Positions 7,813-16,491 of a stretch of 24,000 bases of DNA are shown one piece after another (position 1 is the first letter of the stretch; each line of letters begins with the position of its first letter). Location of the stretch: assembly GCF_049818055.1 (NCBI RefSeq), contig NZ_CP187479.1, positions 902,088-926,087 on the forward strand, read 5' to 3'. Position numbers and translations under genes: made by a program. A model generated the notes under the pieces. That model was not told the origin of the DNA, made no database searches, and saw only the letters and a program-made list of their open reading frames with translations. The stretch comes from Desulforudis sp. Tu-874 (GTDB lineage Bacteria; Bacillota; Desulfotomaculia; Desulfotomaculales; JASEER01).

Positions 7813-9042
7813 TCACTCTTGCACTTGCTCTTCCTCCTGTACGGTAATCGGCTGGGCGCTACCTATCAGTTGCAGATAATCCGCAACGCGCTTAACGTTA
7901 TCAGGCGACTCCTCCACCCACATGACGTACTCGTCCTTTTCTCCGGGCATCAGGTCGGACGATATGTTAAAGCTGCTTGTCGGGATGCCGGTTAAGTCAC
8001 TGAGCAGCTTACGGTAGTTATAGATCAACTGGTAATTGTCGCTCTTGGCCACCGGTATCCGTACCTTGGCCCGCTCCTGGTCAAGCCGGTTCAACGCGCC
8101 GCGCACCTGGGTTTCCATATGGGACGGACAGATGACCAGCAGTTCTCTTCCGAACTCGGGATAGCTGAACGTGATCGTCTTCACCATTGACCCGCCGCTG
8201 CTCGCTGATGCCCCGGCACCGCTGCTTGCCCCCGTCGCTCCGGCGGTTCCCGCCAGGGAGCTCAGAAGAGAATCAGCGGCATCAGCAGGGCCTGACTCTT
8301 CACTGATAAAGGTCCCTAATCTTTCCGCCGCGTCGCGGGCGACGATGTTCTTTAACTGGTAGACAAACACCGACTGCGTGGCCGGTTTGCCCGACACGTC
8401 AACCCCCGGGATGTCGACGGCATTGACCAGCTCGCGCACCTTCTGCAGGGCTTGCGCTGAACCTTGCGCCCACAGTATGCCCGGGTGGGTTTCCACAGTG
8501 ACGGCCTTGGCCGGGATACCAAGCTGTCCGATCAGGGATTTGACCTTTTCCGCCGGAATATAGACGAGGTCGAACCGTGTTAGATGCATCTGCGCGAAGA
8601 AGTTCCTGTCCAGGTCTTCCTGCTTGCCGACGACGATGATGTTCCCGTCCTGGATATAGGATAGGCCTTCCCTTTGCACGAGCAGTTCCAGGGCGCGGCG
8701 TGCAGTGACGCCCTCGGCCTTGAAGTTCACCTTTACCGGATCGGCGGCGAGGATGACGCTGCTCCCCATCTTCAGTGCCAGCGCCGAGAGGACATCGCGG
8801 ATATCGGCCCCGCGAACCTCAATGGTGACTCCCCCTCCGCCAGGAGAAGAAGACAGCGGCGTTATTCCGTCGTCGATAGACAGGGCTGCCGTGGGCCTGC
8901 TGTCGGCGGCCGCGATGCTTGGGATACCCCCGAAAACAAGACAGGCCGCTACTACCAGCGACACCGCCGGTATGCGCATTCCGGACCGGAAGACCCTTTT
9001 TACGCCATATAATACCGTGTCTCTACCGATCATTCCTTGCAC
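7813..9042 (-). CDS. secretin N-domain (N0/N1-like) protein lacking a C-terminal secretin pore domain
   Basis: A signal/TM segment (MRIPAVSLVVAACLVFGGIPSIAAA) is followed by an N0-like segment (VRGADIRDVLSALALKMGSSVILAADP...ALELLVQREGLSYIQDGNIIVVG). Two Secretin_N-like repeats follow, and the second is split by an S/G/A-rich insert. I recognised no secretin beta-barrel motif. Start is GTG 9042 or ATG 9033. Confidence 0.6.
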   Translation of the reverse strand: MQGMIGRDTVLYGVKRVFRSGMRIPAVSLVVAACLVFGGIPSIAAADSRPTAALSIDDGITPLSSSPGGGGVTIEVRGADIRDVLSALALKMGSSVILAADPVKVNFKAEGVTARRALELLVQREGLSYIQDGNIIVVGKQEDLDRNFFAQMHLTRFDLVYIPAEKVKSLIGQLGIPAKAVTVETHPGILWAQGSAQALQKVRELVNAVDIPGVDVSGKPATQSVFVYQLKNIVARDAAERLGTFISEESGPADAADSLLSSLAGTAGATGASSGAGASASSGGSMVKTITFSYPEFGRELLVICPSHMETQVRGALNRLDQERAKVRIPVAKSDNYQLIYNYRKLLSDLTGIPTSSFNISSDLMPGEKDEYVMWVEESPDNVKRVADYLQLIGSAQPITVQEEEQVQE

Positions 9043-9052
9043 TTCCCTTCCC

Positions 9053-9592
9053 CTACCGCGTCGACTTGGCGGTGTCGCTTATACTGGCTCTACCGTTGAG
9101 TTTCAGGCGCATTTCACGGTCACCCGCCTTAAGAACAACTTCCCGTTCCTTGATCTCCTCCACCGTCCAGGTCTCGGCAACCGTAGAGCCTTTCTCGGCA
9201 ATATAAGCCATGCCGCCGATTTCGATGATCGCCAGGTTCTGCCCGTTTTTGTCCAGGATAACCCCCCGGAGCAAAGCCCCGGCGAAGGGATCAATCACGT
9301 CCCCCTGGCCGGCCGATAACTTATCCCCGGGCTTCTCGTCCAGGGTGCGCTGTGTCTGCGGCAGGGTGGTTACTTGCTTTTCGCCGGCAGCAATATCTTT
9401 TGCCGCCTGCTGGATAGCGGCATCCTGCGCGCCCCCCTTGGTAAGGCGGGTAACAAGGGCATAGGACACAATGGCAAGGATGATCAGGACAAGCAGCAAC
9501 CCGCCCACAACCAGCTTTTCCCTGTGCGCCGTCGCCCACTGCCGTACCCGCTCCCGGTCGAAGCTCATCCCCTTTGGTGTTTCCTCAGCCAC
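9053..9592 (-). CDS. PilP-like (GspC HR-domain-like) pilus assembly protein, bitopic
   Basis: One N-terminal TM helix. The C-terminus LRGVILDKNGQNLAIIEIGGMAYIAEKGSTVAETWTVEEIKEREVVLKAGDREMRLKL matches the PilP beta-sandwich pattern. Its position after pilO fits. GTG start with a GGTGGAG RBS. Confidence 0.55.
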   Translation of the reverse strand: MAEETPKGMSFDRERVRQWATAHREKLVVGGLLLVLIILAIVSYALVTRLTKGGAQDAAIQQAAKDIAAGEKQVTTLPQTQRTLDEKPGDKLSAGQGDVIDPFAGALLRGVILDKNGQNLAIIEIGGMAYIAEKGSTVAETWTVEEIKEREVVLKAGDREMRLKLNGRASISDTAKSTR

Positions 9593-9642
9593 ACTTCTCC
9601 ACCATCCTTATCTCTCTATCTCTGTACGTTCCAGCCGCCGGT

Positions 9643-10170
9643 CTACTGCTGTCCAGCGTAAAAAGCGCTGGCGGCAATGTCAGCCCTTATTTCGGATGAG
9701 TCCTCGTTCAACCGGGCGAGTTTCAGCTCCTCGATGCGTACCGCTCTGGGACCGTCCCGCAGGCCGGCAAGCAAATCAAGCACCTCCGAGTACCGTCCTT
9801 CAAGAGCCAGTTTGAAGGGCATCTCGACGTAACCTTGCCCGGTAACGCGTTCCTCAAAACGGACTTGTCTAAGGCATAAGCCGGCGGCCTCGGCGGCCGC
9901 TTGCAGATCGGCGAGAAGGACATCCTCGTCAGGCTCCGCAGGCATCATCCGCTCCAGCCGGTTCAACTGCTCCTGCACGCCGACAGCGTCTGCTTTCATT
10001 TTGATCAACTGCTGCACCCGGGTCTGATCGCGGGCCAGCGCCATGCGTTCTTCCGTAACGGCGTCCCGCGCCGCCCGCAACGCCCCGAACTGGAGGTAAA
10101 GCAGGAAAAGCATTAAGATTAACGCGATTACTCCGAGGATTACAAGAAAAAGATTGCTGTTAATACGCAC
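9643..10170 (-). CDS. pilO: type IV pilus assembly protein PilO
   Basis: N-terminal TM helix, a coiled-coil segment, then a ferredoxin-like C-terminus (FKLALEGRYSEVLDLLAGL...). Position after pilN. GTG start with a weak RBS. Confidence 0.75.
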   Translation of the reverse strand: MRINSNLFLVILGVIALILMLFLLYLQFGALRAARDAVTEERMALARDQTRVQQLIKMKADAVGVQEQLNRLERMMPAEPDEDVLLADLQAAAEAAGLCLRQVRFEERVTGQGYVEMPFKLALEGRYSEVLDLLAGLRDGPRAVRIEELKLARLNEDSSEIRADIAASAFYAGQQ

Positions 10171-10187
10171 AGAGGGCTGGCTGATTG

Positions 10188-10859
10188 CTAATCCCCTCCT
10201 TGTACAGGCTGGAACGGCTGACCGGAAAGAACCGCCGCCTTGATTTCAAACTGGACCATGGCGTCCCCGTGAAGGTTTTCCGTAGAGGTAAACCGGCACC
10301 TGACATCGGTAAGCCCGGGCACATCACGTAAAGCATCCAGCCAGGCGGCAACGGCCGTGTGCTCGAATGTCCACCCGCGGATAACAACTTCGCTCACAGC
10401 GGCGGATTGAGCGGCGGTTTTGTTCCCGCCCGCGCTTTGTCCTTGCCCGGACTGGCCTTGTGTTGCCTGGACCTGAGCATTCTTGTCTTTTTTCTCTACT
10501 TTCCAGTCAGTTAACCAGACGGAACCGGGGATCTGCCGCCCTATGTCGGCCATGATCCTTGTCCAATCAGGCGGGGAACCGACCGCTTCGCGGACCAGAC
10601 CCTCGGTCCGGGTCATCCGGTCCCGCATGTCGGCATACTGCTGGTAAGCTGCGGCTTCCTGTTGAACCTTGCGCCGCTCCTCTTGAAGCCGTGCCGCCTC
10701 TCCCCGTGCCTGGACGGTAGCGGCTATCAACGCGGCGTAAAACGCCAGGAAAACCAGGAGTACCGTCCCGCTCACAAGGATGGTTAGATTACGTCTTCGG
10801 CGTGCACGCAACTGCGTAGCAATTTCCGGCGGCAGAAGGTTGATCCTGACCTGGCTCAC
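10188..10859 (-). CDS. pilN: type IV pilus assembly protein PilN
   Basis: The conserved N-terminus INLLPPE (the PilM-binding peptide) is followed by a TM helix and a coiled coil. GTG 10859 has GGAGGG 6 nt upstream and overlaps the pilM stop (GTGA). The 10898 start is probably an extension. Confidence 0.8.
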   Translation of the reverse strand: MSQVRINLLPPEIATQLRARRRRNLTILVSGTVLLVFLAFYAALIAATVQARGEAARLQEERRKVQQEAAAYQQYADMRDRMTRTEGLVREAVGSPPDWTRIMADIGRQIPGSVWLTDWKVEKKDKNAQVQATQGQSGQGQSAGGNKTAAQSAAVSEVVIRGWTFEHTAVAAWLDALRDVPGLTDVRCRFTSTENLHGDAMVQFEIKAAVLSGQPFQPVQGGD

Positions 10860-11893
10860 TTCGCGCCCTCCAATCCTCGTCTGGCCAGACCGATGCACAC
10901 GGCGAAGTCCAACACCTCGCGCGTGATGTCCTCACAGCCCGGCTGTACGGTGATTCCTTCGAGAGGGCGCACCTTCTCGACGCGCAAGTCCAGGCGTTCG
11001 GCCATAAACTCGGCAAGACCGGCAAGCCTGGCGCCTCGCCCGCTGATGATGATTCTCTCGACATCGGCCGAGCCCGGTTGCGCGAGATAATAGCCGATGG
11101 AAGATTGGATCTCGCCCGCTACGTTGTTACACCAGGCACGCAGTTTTTCCTTATGCCGTTGCCGAGCCGTTTGCTGTTCATCTTCCGCCCCTGTCCCCAC
11201 GGGTTCGACGTCGGCAAGGAGAAAGCCAAAGCTTTTGACCGCGTCCTGGAGGCTTATCGGAACCAGCCGCGCAAACCGCGGCACCCCGTCCGCGGCGATC
11301 AGGATGTGGCTGAGGCCGTTCCCGACGTCCACCAGGGCGACCGTGCCCCGGCGTTCGTTCGTCATCGCCGCGTTGACCAGGGCCAGGGGAGCCGCGTCTA
11401 TAGCCGTAACGTTCAGCCGCGCGCCGGAAAGGGCCTCCAGGAAAGGCTGGAGCATGTCCCGCCTGGCGGCCACGAGCAGGACTTCCAGAAGCCGACCGTG
11501 CCCCCCGGTGGTTTGACCCACGACGGCGAAATCCAGCACGGCCTGGTTCAAAGGGATGGGCAGGTAGTCCTGCGCCTGGTAACGGATCAACTGGGCCAGC
11601 TTGTTCTCCGGCACTTTGGGCACAGTACCCAGGCGGATGAGCACGCCCTGGTTGGCTATCCCCAGGACGACATCGCGGCTGCCTATCCCGGCCGCAGTCC
11701 ACAGCTTTTCCAGGGCTGTAGCCACGGCCTTGGGGTCGGTTACAGCGCCCTCGACGACCGCGCCATCCGGGAGTTCCTGGCGTCCCCAGGCCGCCAGGCG
11801 CGGGGCGCGGGGAGTACCGCGCAGTTCAACGGCGCGCACCTCGCCGGCGTCCAACTCCAGTCCTACCGCACCGGCCGGCTTAAAAAAGCCCAT
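10856..11893 (-). CDS. pilM: type IV pilus assembly ATPase-fold protein PilM
   Basis: Actin/FtsA-like fold signatures (GLELDAGEVRAVEL..., VALVDVGNGLSHI, IIISGRGARLAGL). ATG 11893 (MGFFKP...) avoids overlapping the upstream gene. Confidence 0.85.
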   Translation of the reverse strand: MGFFKPAGAVGLELDAGEVRAVELRGTPRAPRLAAWGRQELPDGAVVEGAVTDPKAVATALEKLWTAAGIGSRDVVLGIANQGVLIRLGTVPKVPENKLAQLIRYQAQDYLPIPLNQAVLDFAVVGQTTGGHGRLLEVLLVAARRDMLQPFLEALSGARLNVTAIDAAPLALVNAAMTNERRGTVALVDVGNGLSHILIAADGVPRFARLVPISLQDAVKSFGFLLADVEPVGTGAEDEQQTARQRHKEKLRAWCNNVAGEIQSSIGYYLAQPGSADVERIIISGRGARLAGLAEFMAERLDLRVEKVRPLEGITVQPGCEDITREVLDFAVCIGLARRGLEGAK

Positions 11894-11949
11894 CTTCTCC
11901 CACCACTCTCCCCTGCTGCACCGGGAGTCAGTGTCCCGGTATTGATTTC

Positions 11950-13383
11950 TTAAGGATTCGCTATTTCTTTCCAACTAACGATTTCCCAACCCGCGTTAAC
12001 AGGTTGCAGAAAATGCGGCGGCGTGTCGTAGGCCATGCGCGGGTCGTGGCGGTAGTTCTTGTTGTAACCGGTCAGCCGGGTTCCCGTCAACGAGAAGAAG
12101 GTACCAACCGCGCCGCGGAATTGTTGTGTAATCGAACCTACCAGGGTGATGGTTCCCCTTGCCGGCCCCTCATCCCACTCTTCATACTCCCAGGAAGGGT
12201 TTAGGGCGAAAAGGGCACCGTGAATCGTTACGTTCTGCGGCGAAACGTCGCCGGCCAAACCCGCCAGCACATCGTAATAGGGCCATGTTGACGTCGGCCA
12301 GTAATAGTGCAGCAGACGAATCCGCCCGTTGGCGACCAGCCCGAGCATGTCGTCGGTAATCCCGCCGTTCGGGTCGAAGTCGTCGTTGGCGTAGCGAAGG
12401 CCGCCCGTCGAACCGGCGGTAAGGTAGTTGAAATTCGTTGGGTTCTTGTGCGTAATGTAAATATTATTGGCCGCGGCAATGGTCAGGCGGCCGTCCAGCG
12501 TGCCCGAAACAAAGACATTGCCTCTGCTGAGGTTCCACTTGTCAGTTCTGCTCTCGTCGGGGTTGCTTGTACCGTCCACGTAGATCACCCCGTTTGGCGG
12601 CAGCGGGCGAGTCACCGCGCTGCCGGTACCGTTTCGGATAGTAACCTGGTTGCCGTTAAGCAGGATGCACGTCCGGCCGTTGTAATAATAACCGTTGTAT
12701 TGCGCCTGTGTTTTAAGCTGGCTGTTTGATGGGGGAAAGGTCAGCGGCGCCACTTTTTGGGGAGGGCCTTCCTCGTAGAATGGGTTGCTGCCCGCACGGA
12801 CATCCAGGTTAACGGAATAGGTTACCGGACCATGAAAAATCGGATCGCCGTCGATATGTAAGGTGCCGTTGGTATGCAAAGGGCCGAAAACCTCATCGCC
12901 GGTAATCCACCAGACCGTTTGCCCGGAAGACATGGTCTCCTCCCCGGAAAGGTAAATGGTTTGCACAAACTGGCGCTTACGGACCGTTATCTCAACACTG
13001 CGCCTGTTTGTTGGATCGCTGGCCGGCCAGCCCGTCGAGCGGATAGTGACCACCGGCTCTTCAGTGGTCGGGGGATCAACCTGCAGGCGGTAAAATCCGT
13101 CCTGAAACGGCGTATCCACGTTTAAACGGGCGTCGTCAGCAGTCTTGTCGACTTCCGGAACCTCGTAATACTTGGAATCCTTGTTAAGATGCCAAAGGTA
13201 TTTGTTCAACCCGGCCTCCGCGAAGTAGATGGCCCTTTCGCTGTCGGAACTACGGCGCCCCATGGTGGCCTGACTCTCAACAAGAAAAGCCGCGGTAAAA
13301 CCCAGGAGGGAAATAATGGCAATAATCATTACCACTATGGGTACAGCGATTCCGTGTTCCTGGCACAAGAGACGTCGCATCAT
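11950..13383 (-). CDS. GspK/PilX-like large pilus-associated protein (477 aa)
   Basis: The N-terminus QEHGIAVPIVVMIIAIISLLGFTA resembles the PilX_N/GspK type, with a hydrophobic helix after (E/Q)xG and no Glu at +5. The large C-terminal part has repetitive beta-strand motifs. The ATGA overlap with the preceding minor pilin gene implies coupling. Confidence 0.6.
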   Translation of the reverse strand: MMRRLLCQEHGIAVPIVVMIIAIISLLGFTAAFLVESQATMGRRSSDSERAIYFAEAGLNKYLWHLNKDSKYYEVPEVDKTADDARLNVDTPFQDGFYRLQVDPPTTEEPVVTIRSTGWPASDPTNRRSVEITVRKRQFVQTIYLSGEETMSSGQTVWWITGDEVFGPLHTNGTLHIDGDPIFHGPVTYSVNLDVRAGSNPFYEEGPPQKVAPLTFPPSNSQLKTQAQYNGYYYNGRTCILLNGNQVTIRNGTGSAVTRPLPPNGVIYVDGTSNPDESRTDKWNLSRGNVFVSGTLDGRLTIAAANNIYITHKNPTNFNYLTAGSTGGLRYANDDFDPNGGITDDMLGLVANGRIRLLHYYWPTSTWPYYDVLAGLAGDVSPQNVTIHGALFALNPSWEYEEWDEGPARGTITLVGSITQQFRGAVGTFFSLTGTRLTGYNKNYRHDPRMAYDTPPHFLQPVNAGWEIVSWKEIANP

Positions 13384-13988
13384 GAGGCATTCCCCCTGCT
13401 GCGTACGCTGATGGTGGCCTGAACCGCCAACGGCTGGGCAAGCGGTGTGGCGGCATCATTAACCAGCAGATTAACAAGTACCTTCATGCGCGGAGGGTTG
13501 CTGGCGTCAACAGTAAAGAGAGGATCACCGGCTCCGTTAACCACAGTCGTGACCACAGTCTCATAGGCCGTTGGCGCCGCGTAGGAATACGGGTATGCGC
13601 TGCCCTGCGGGGCGCTGACCCCCCGCTCAAGCCTCCCGTCCACGAGACGGTACCTGACCAGCTCCGGCCTACCATCGCCGCTGACGTCGGTATAAACGTC
13701 GAGCTGCGTGTTGCCGGCAGAAACAGCCACCGCGGTTCCACCATTGGTCGCAACCCGTGCCTGGTGGACCTCGCGGTTAAGGACGTCAATAAAAAGACGG
13801 GCCTCCTGCACGGCGCGCGCCTCGGCTGAAGCACGGTTCCAACTCTTATAGCCGTAATCGAAATACATATAAATAACGCCAATAGTCATGCTTAGCAGGG
13901 CGAGCACAACCAGCAGTTCGACCAGCGTAATACCCCTCTTATTTCTGAATGTATCCTCCAACCGAAACCAGACGGCCGTTCCATTCAC
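13380..13988 (-). CDS. minor pilin (prepilin-type N-terminal cleavage/methylation domain protein)
   Basis: ...FRNKRG|ITLVELLVVLALLSMTIGVIYMYF carries the class III signal with Glu at +5. 202 aa. Confidence 0.75.
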   Translation of the reverse strand: MNGTAVWFRLEDTFRNKRGITLVELLVVLALLSMTIGVIYMYFDYGYKSWNRASAEARAVQEARLFIDVLNREVHQARVATNGGTAVAVSAGNTQLDVYTDVSGDGRPELVRYRLVDGRLERGVSAPQGSAYPYSYAAPTAYETVVTTVVNGAGDPLFTVDASNPPRMKVLVNLLVNDAATPLAQPLAVQATISVRSRGNAS

Positions 13989-14047
13989 TGAACTCTCACA
14001 TCCATTTGTGCTGCGTTTCCATTCGCCGGGCCGTCGTACATCACTCG

Positions 14048-15751
14048 CTAAAATGGCAGGTTGGTATACGTAACCACGTATTGACCCGAGACGACATTGA
14101 CCTCTCTCCTATCCATCCAGACTCCCCCGAACCACCTATATACTTCATAAAGACCGGGATCGAGGTTGTCGAAAAGCGCTTCGCCGTCTGCGCCGGTATG
14201 CTGTACTTGATTGTACCCGTTTGGTCCCACGACCTTTACACGGATGTTCTTTGGTTTCCCGTTGGACTTCTCGGCGCGGACCAGGATACTCCGAAATTCC
14301 GGTTGCAAGACGACATGGTATGTCTCCACCACGCCCGCGTCCGTCCACTGTTGACCGCCGGTGACCCAAAAAGCGCCGTGCTCGGGACCGAAGGGTAGGT
14401 ATCCCGGAGCGGTAACCTTAACACAGTACCGGCTGTACTGGTACCCTTCCACCGGAATCAGGGGGGGCGAGCATGGGTTGTTCTCCTCCAGGACGAAACC
14501 AGCAAGCCCGTCTTTAGTCGTCTGAGTAGAGGCCACTGGGCTAGAAGAGCAAACGCCGGTCCATAAACCTAAGTGGTAGGTATAGGTGTGTCGGTAGATC
14601 TCCACGAGAGCGCCCGCCACCGGCATTCCTGATCCTTGGGAGGTTACCGTGACACTGGCGTTTGCTCGTATCAGTTCCAGGATAAGGCTCTTCGTCTGGC
14701 CGGGTTCATCGAAAGTACCGTCCCAAACCGCCTCATGCTTAGGCAGTAGCACATAAGGAATATAGCCGTCCGCTGTTACCGTCAGGTTATAGGGTGTTCC
14801 TAGGTAACCGTCACCGACCGGCCAGAGGTCGCCCAGGAAATCCTTGGGCAAGACGCCCCCCATTTCGGCGGTGAAGTTCTTGCTGATCGTGCCGGTTTCC
14901 GGCGTTTCAAGAACCAGCGTACCTGGGACATTGATCAGGTTCCCTGTCGAAGCGTCTCGCAGTTCGATCTCCAGGTGGCATGGGAACTCTATTTCGAAAA
15001 GACGCTCGACAGTGACTCCACTGGTGACCTCGGCCGTTTGCTGAGCCTGCGCGGGGTGAACCATCATTCCCTGATCGCTTGGGTCGACTTGAACAGTGTA
15101 GCTTCCCTCATCGAGGACGGCAAAGAGGACCTGGCCAACCTCGTCGGTCCAGTTCGTCTGGGGCGCATCGGGTCCGGCCGAAAGTTCGGCGCGGATGTTC
15201 TCTACCGGGACGTCTACGCCCGGGGTCGTACGCCATCCCCGCAAGACCTGCACGCGGATGTTGCCCCCCGGGAAGGCCTCCTCCTCACCCTCCAAGGAAA
15301 CCAGGGTGTGGATTTCCGTAGTCTGAACCACTTCCCCCGTAAAGACGCTCGGAGCGCTTACACTGACTCTCACCCGCTTGTAATCATAGGGGATAGGATC
15401 GGTCCCGCTCGAATCGTCAGCCGGATCGTTTACCCACCAGATCCTGGTCTGAACTGTATAATTGACCCCCCCGACCGTGACCGTCGTCGTCGGCTGAATA
15501 TTCCCTGAAGGGTTACCCCCTGCGAGACCCACCTGACTGTAAGGCAGGGCACGGATATCTTCAATTATATTGGCCGCCAGCTTGGTGGCGACGAGCCGCG
15601 CGCGGTTGGCCTGCGAGCCCTCGCTGATGTAGACGAAGAGAGGGACAAAGGCCACCGTAACAACGGTTAAGAGCGTCAGTGCGACGAGCACTTCCACCAG
15701 GGTAAAGCCCCGGCGGTCGGCCAGTTTGTCAATTGACAAGCGTCTCGTCAT
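14048..15751 (-). CDS. PilV-like giant minor pilin with repeated carboxypeptidase-regulatory-like (Ig-like) modules
   Basis: MTRRLSIDKLADRRG|FTLVEVLVALTLLTVV carries the class III signal. The C-terminal roughly 450 aa has several stretches of the pattern G-x-V-x-D..G..L..A.V.. / ..DG.F.F..L..G.Y.V. Examples are WTDEVGQVLFAVLDEGSYTVQV, VTSQGSGMPVAGALVEIY and HTGADGEALFDNLDPGLYEVY. Confidence 0.75.
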   Translation of the reverse strand: MTRRLSIDKLADRRGFTLVEVLVALTLLTVVTVAFVPLFVYISEGSQANRARLVATKLAANIIEDIRALPYSQVGLAGGNPSGNIQPTTTVTVGGVNYTVQTRIWWVNDPADDSSGTDPIPYDYKRVRVSVSAPSVFTGEVVQTTEIHTLVSLEGEEEAFPGGNIRVQVLRGWRTTPGVDVPVENIRAELSAGPDAPQTNWTDEVGQVLFAVLDEGSYTVQVDPSDQGMMVHPAQAQQTAEVTSGVTVERLFEIEFPCHLEIELRDASTGNLINVPGTLVLETPETGTISKNFTAEMGGVLPKDFLGDLWPVGDGYLGTPYNLTVTADGYIPYVLLPKHEAVWDGTFDEPGQTKSLILELIRANASVTVTSQGSGMPVAGALVEIYRHTYTYHLGLWTGVCSSSPVASTQTTKDGLAGFVLEENNPCSPPLIPVEGYQYSRYCVKVTAPGYLPFGPEHGAFWVTGGQQWTDAGVVETYHVVLQPEFRSILVRAEKSNGKPKNIRVKVVGPNGYNQVQHTGADGEALFDNLDPGLYEVYRWFGGVWMDRREVNVVSGQYVVTYTNLPF

Positions 15752-15772
15752 CCCCGCCTCACATCCCCCGCT

Positions 15773-16489
15773 TCAGGACAAGGCCGCGGCCATTTGGCTG
15801 AGACTTTTGTTCAGTATCCGCGACACCTTGCGCTGGCTGATGCCCAGTTTCCTGGAGGCTTCGGTTTGCGTCAGGTCACGGTAAAAGACCAGGTAGATCA
15901 CCTTACGTTGCAGATCGCCGAGTCGCGCCAGCGCCTGCCGGACGGCGATGACGTCTTCGATGGGCAAGCGGAAGCTTTCGTACCGCAGGTTCTTAATCCG
16001 GGACAGGTCCATCTCGTCCAGCGAAACGATACCGGCACGCAGCGCCTCGAGCACGCCGTCCTCCCGGACATTGACGGCGGCCGCGATCTCGCTGATCGAC
16101 GGAGGTTCTCCGGTCCGCTGCAGCAGTTCGTCCGCCGCGGCATGGATGCGCGCCTGCAGTTCGGCCACCCAGCCCGGCCGGCCGAAGGCGGCCTCGCGCC
16201 GCAGGTGGTGGCGGATCTCTCCGGCGATGCAGTGCGCGGCGTAGGTTGCGAACTTAACGCCCTTCCCTGGATCGAACCGTCGTACGGCCTTCAGCAGGCC
16301 CTCGTAGCCGGCCTGGATCACGTCCTCGCCGGGACGGTCGCCGACGTGCAGCCGCGCGAAGTGCTCGATCAAGCGGCGACCCGCCTGCATCACAGCCACC
16401 AAATCCTGCTCCTTGCCTGTCTCCAGGTATGCTCTCATACTATCTTCCAAGTTTGGAACTCCGCCGCCTGTTGCGCTGTTAGAATACAC
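15773..16489 (-). CDS. sigma-70 family RNA polymerase sigma factor, group 3 (SigB/F/G-FliA clade)
   Basis: Region 2 (DVIQAGYEGLLKAVRRFDPGKGVKFATYAAHCIAGEIRHHLR), a region 3 segment, and a region 4 HTH (LTQTEASRKLGISQRKVSRIL). The GTG start lies 2 nt after the pilC stop, with GGGAGG inside the pilC 3' end. Confidence 0.85.
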   Translation of the reverse strand: MYSNSATGGGVPNLEDSMRAYLETGKEQDLVAVMQAGRRLIEHFARLHVGDRPGEDVIQAGYEGLLKAVRRFDPGKGVKFATYAAHCIAGEIRHHLRREAAFGRPGWVAELQARIHAAADELLQRTGEPPSISEIAAAVNVREDGVLEALRAGIVSLDEMDLSRIKNLRYESFRLPIEDVIAVRQALARLGDLQRKVIYLVFYRDLTQTEASRKLGISQRKVSRILNKSLSQMAAALS

Positions 16490-16491
16490 TA

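Noticed and set aside
11078-11953. 291-aa plus-strand ORF and other ORFs overlapping pilM
   Set aside because: It is antisense to a well-supported pilM frame and has no RBS or motifs.
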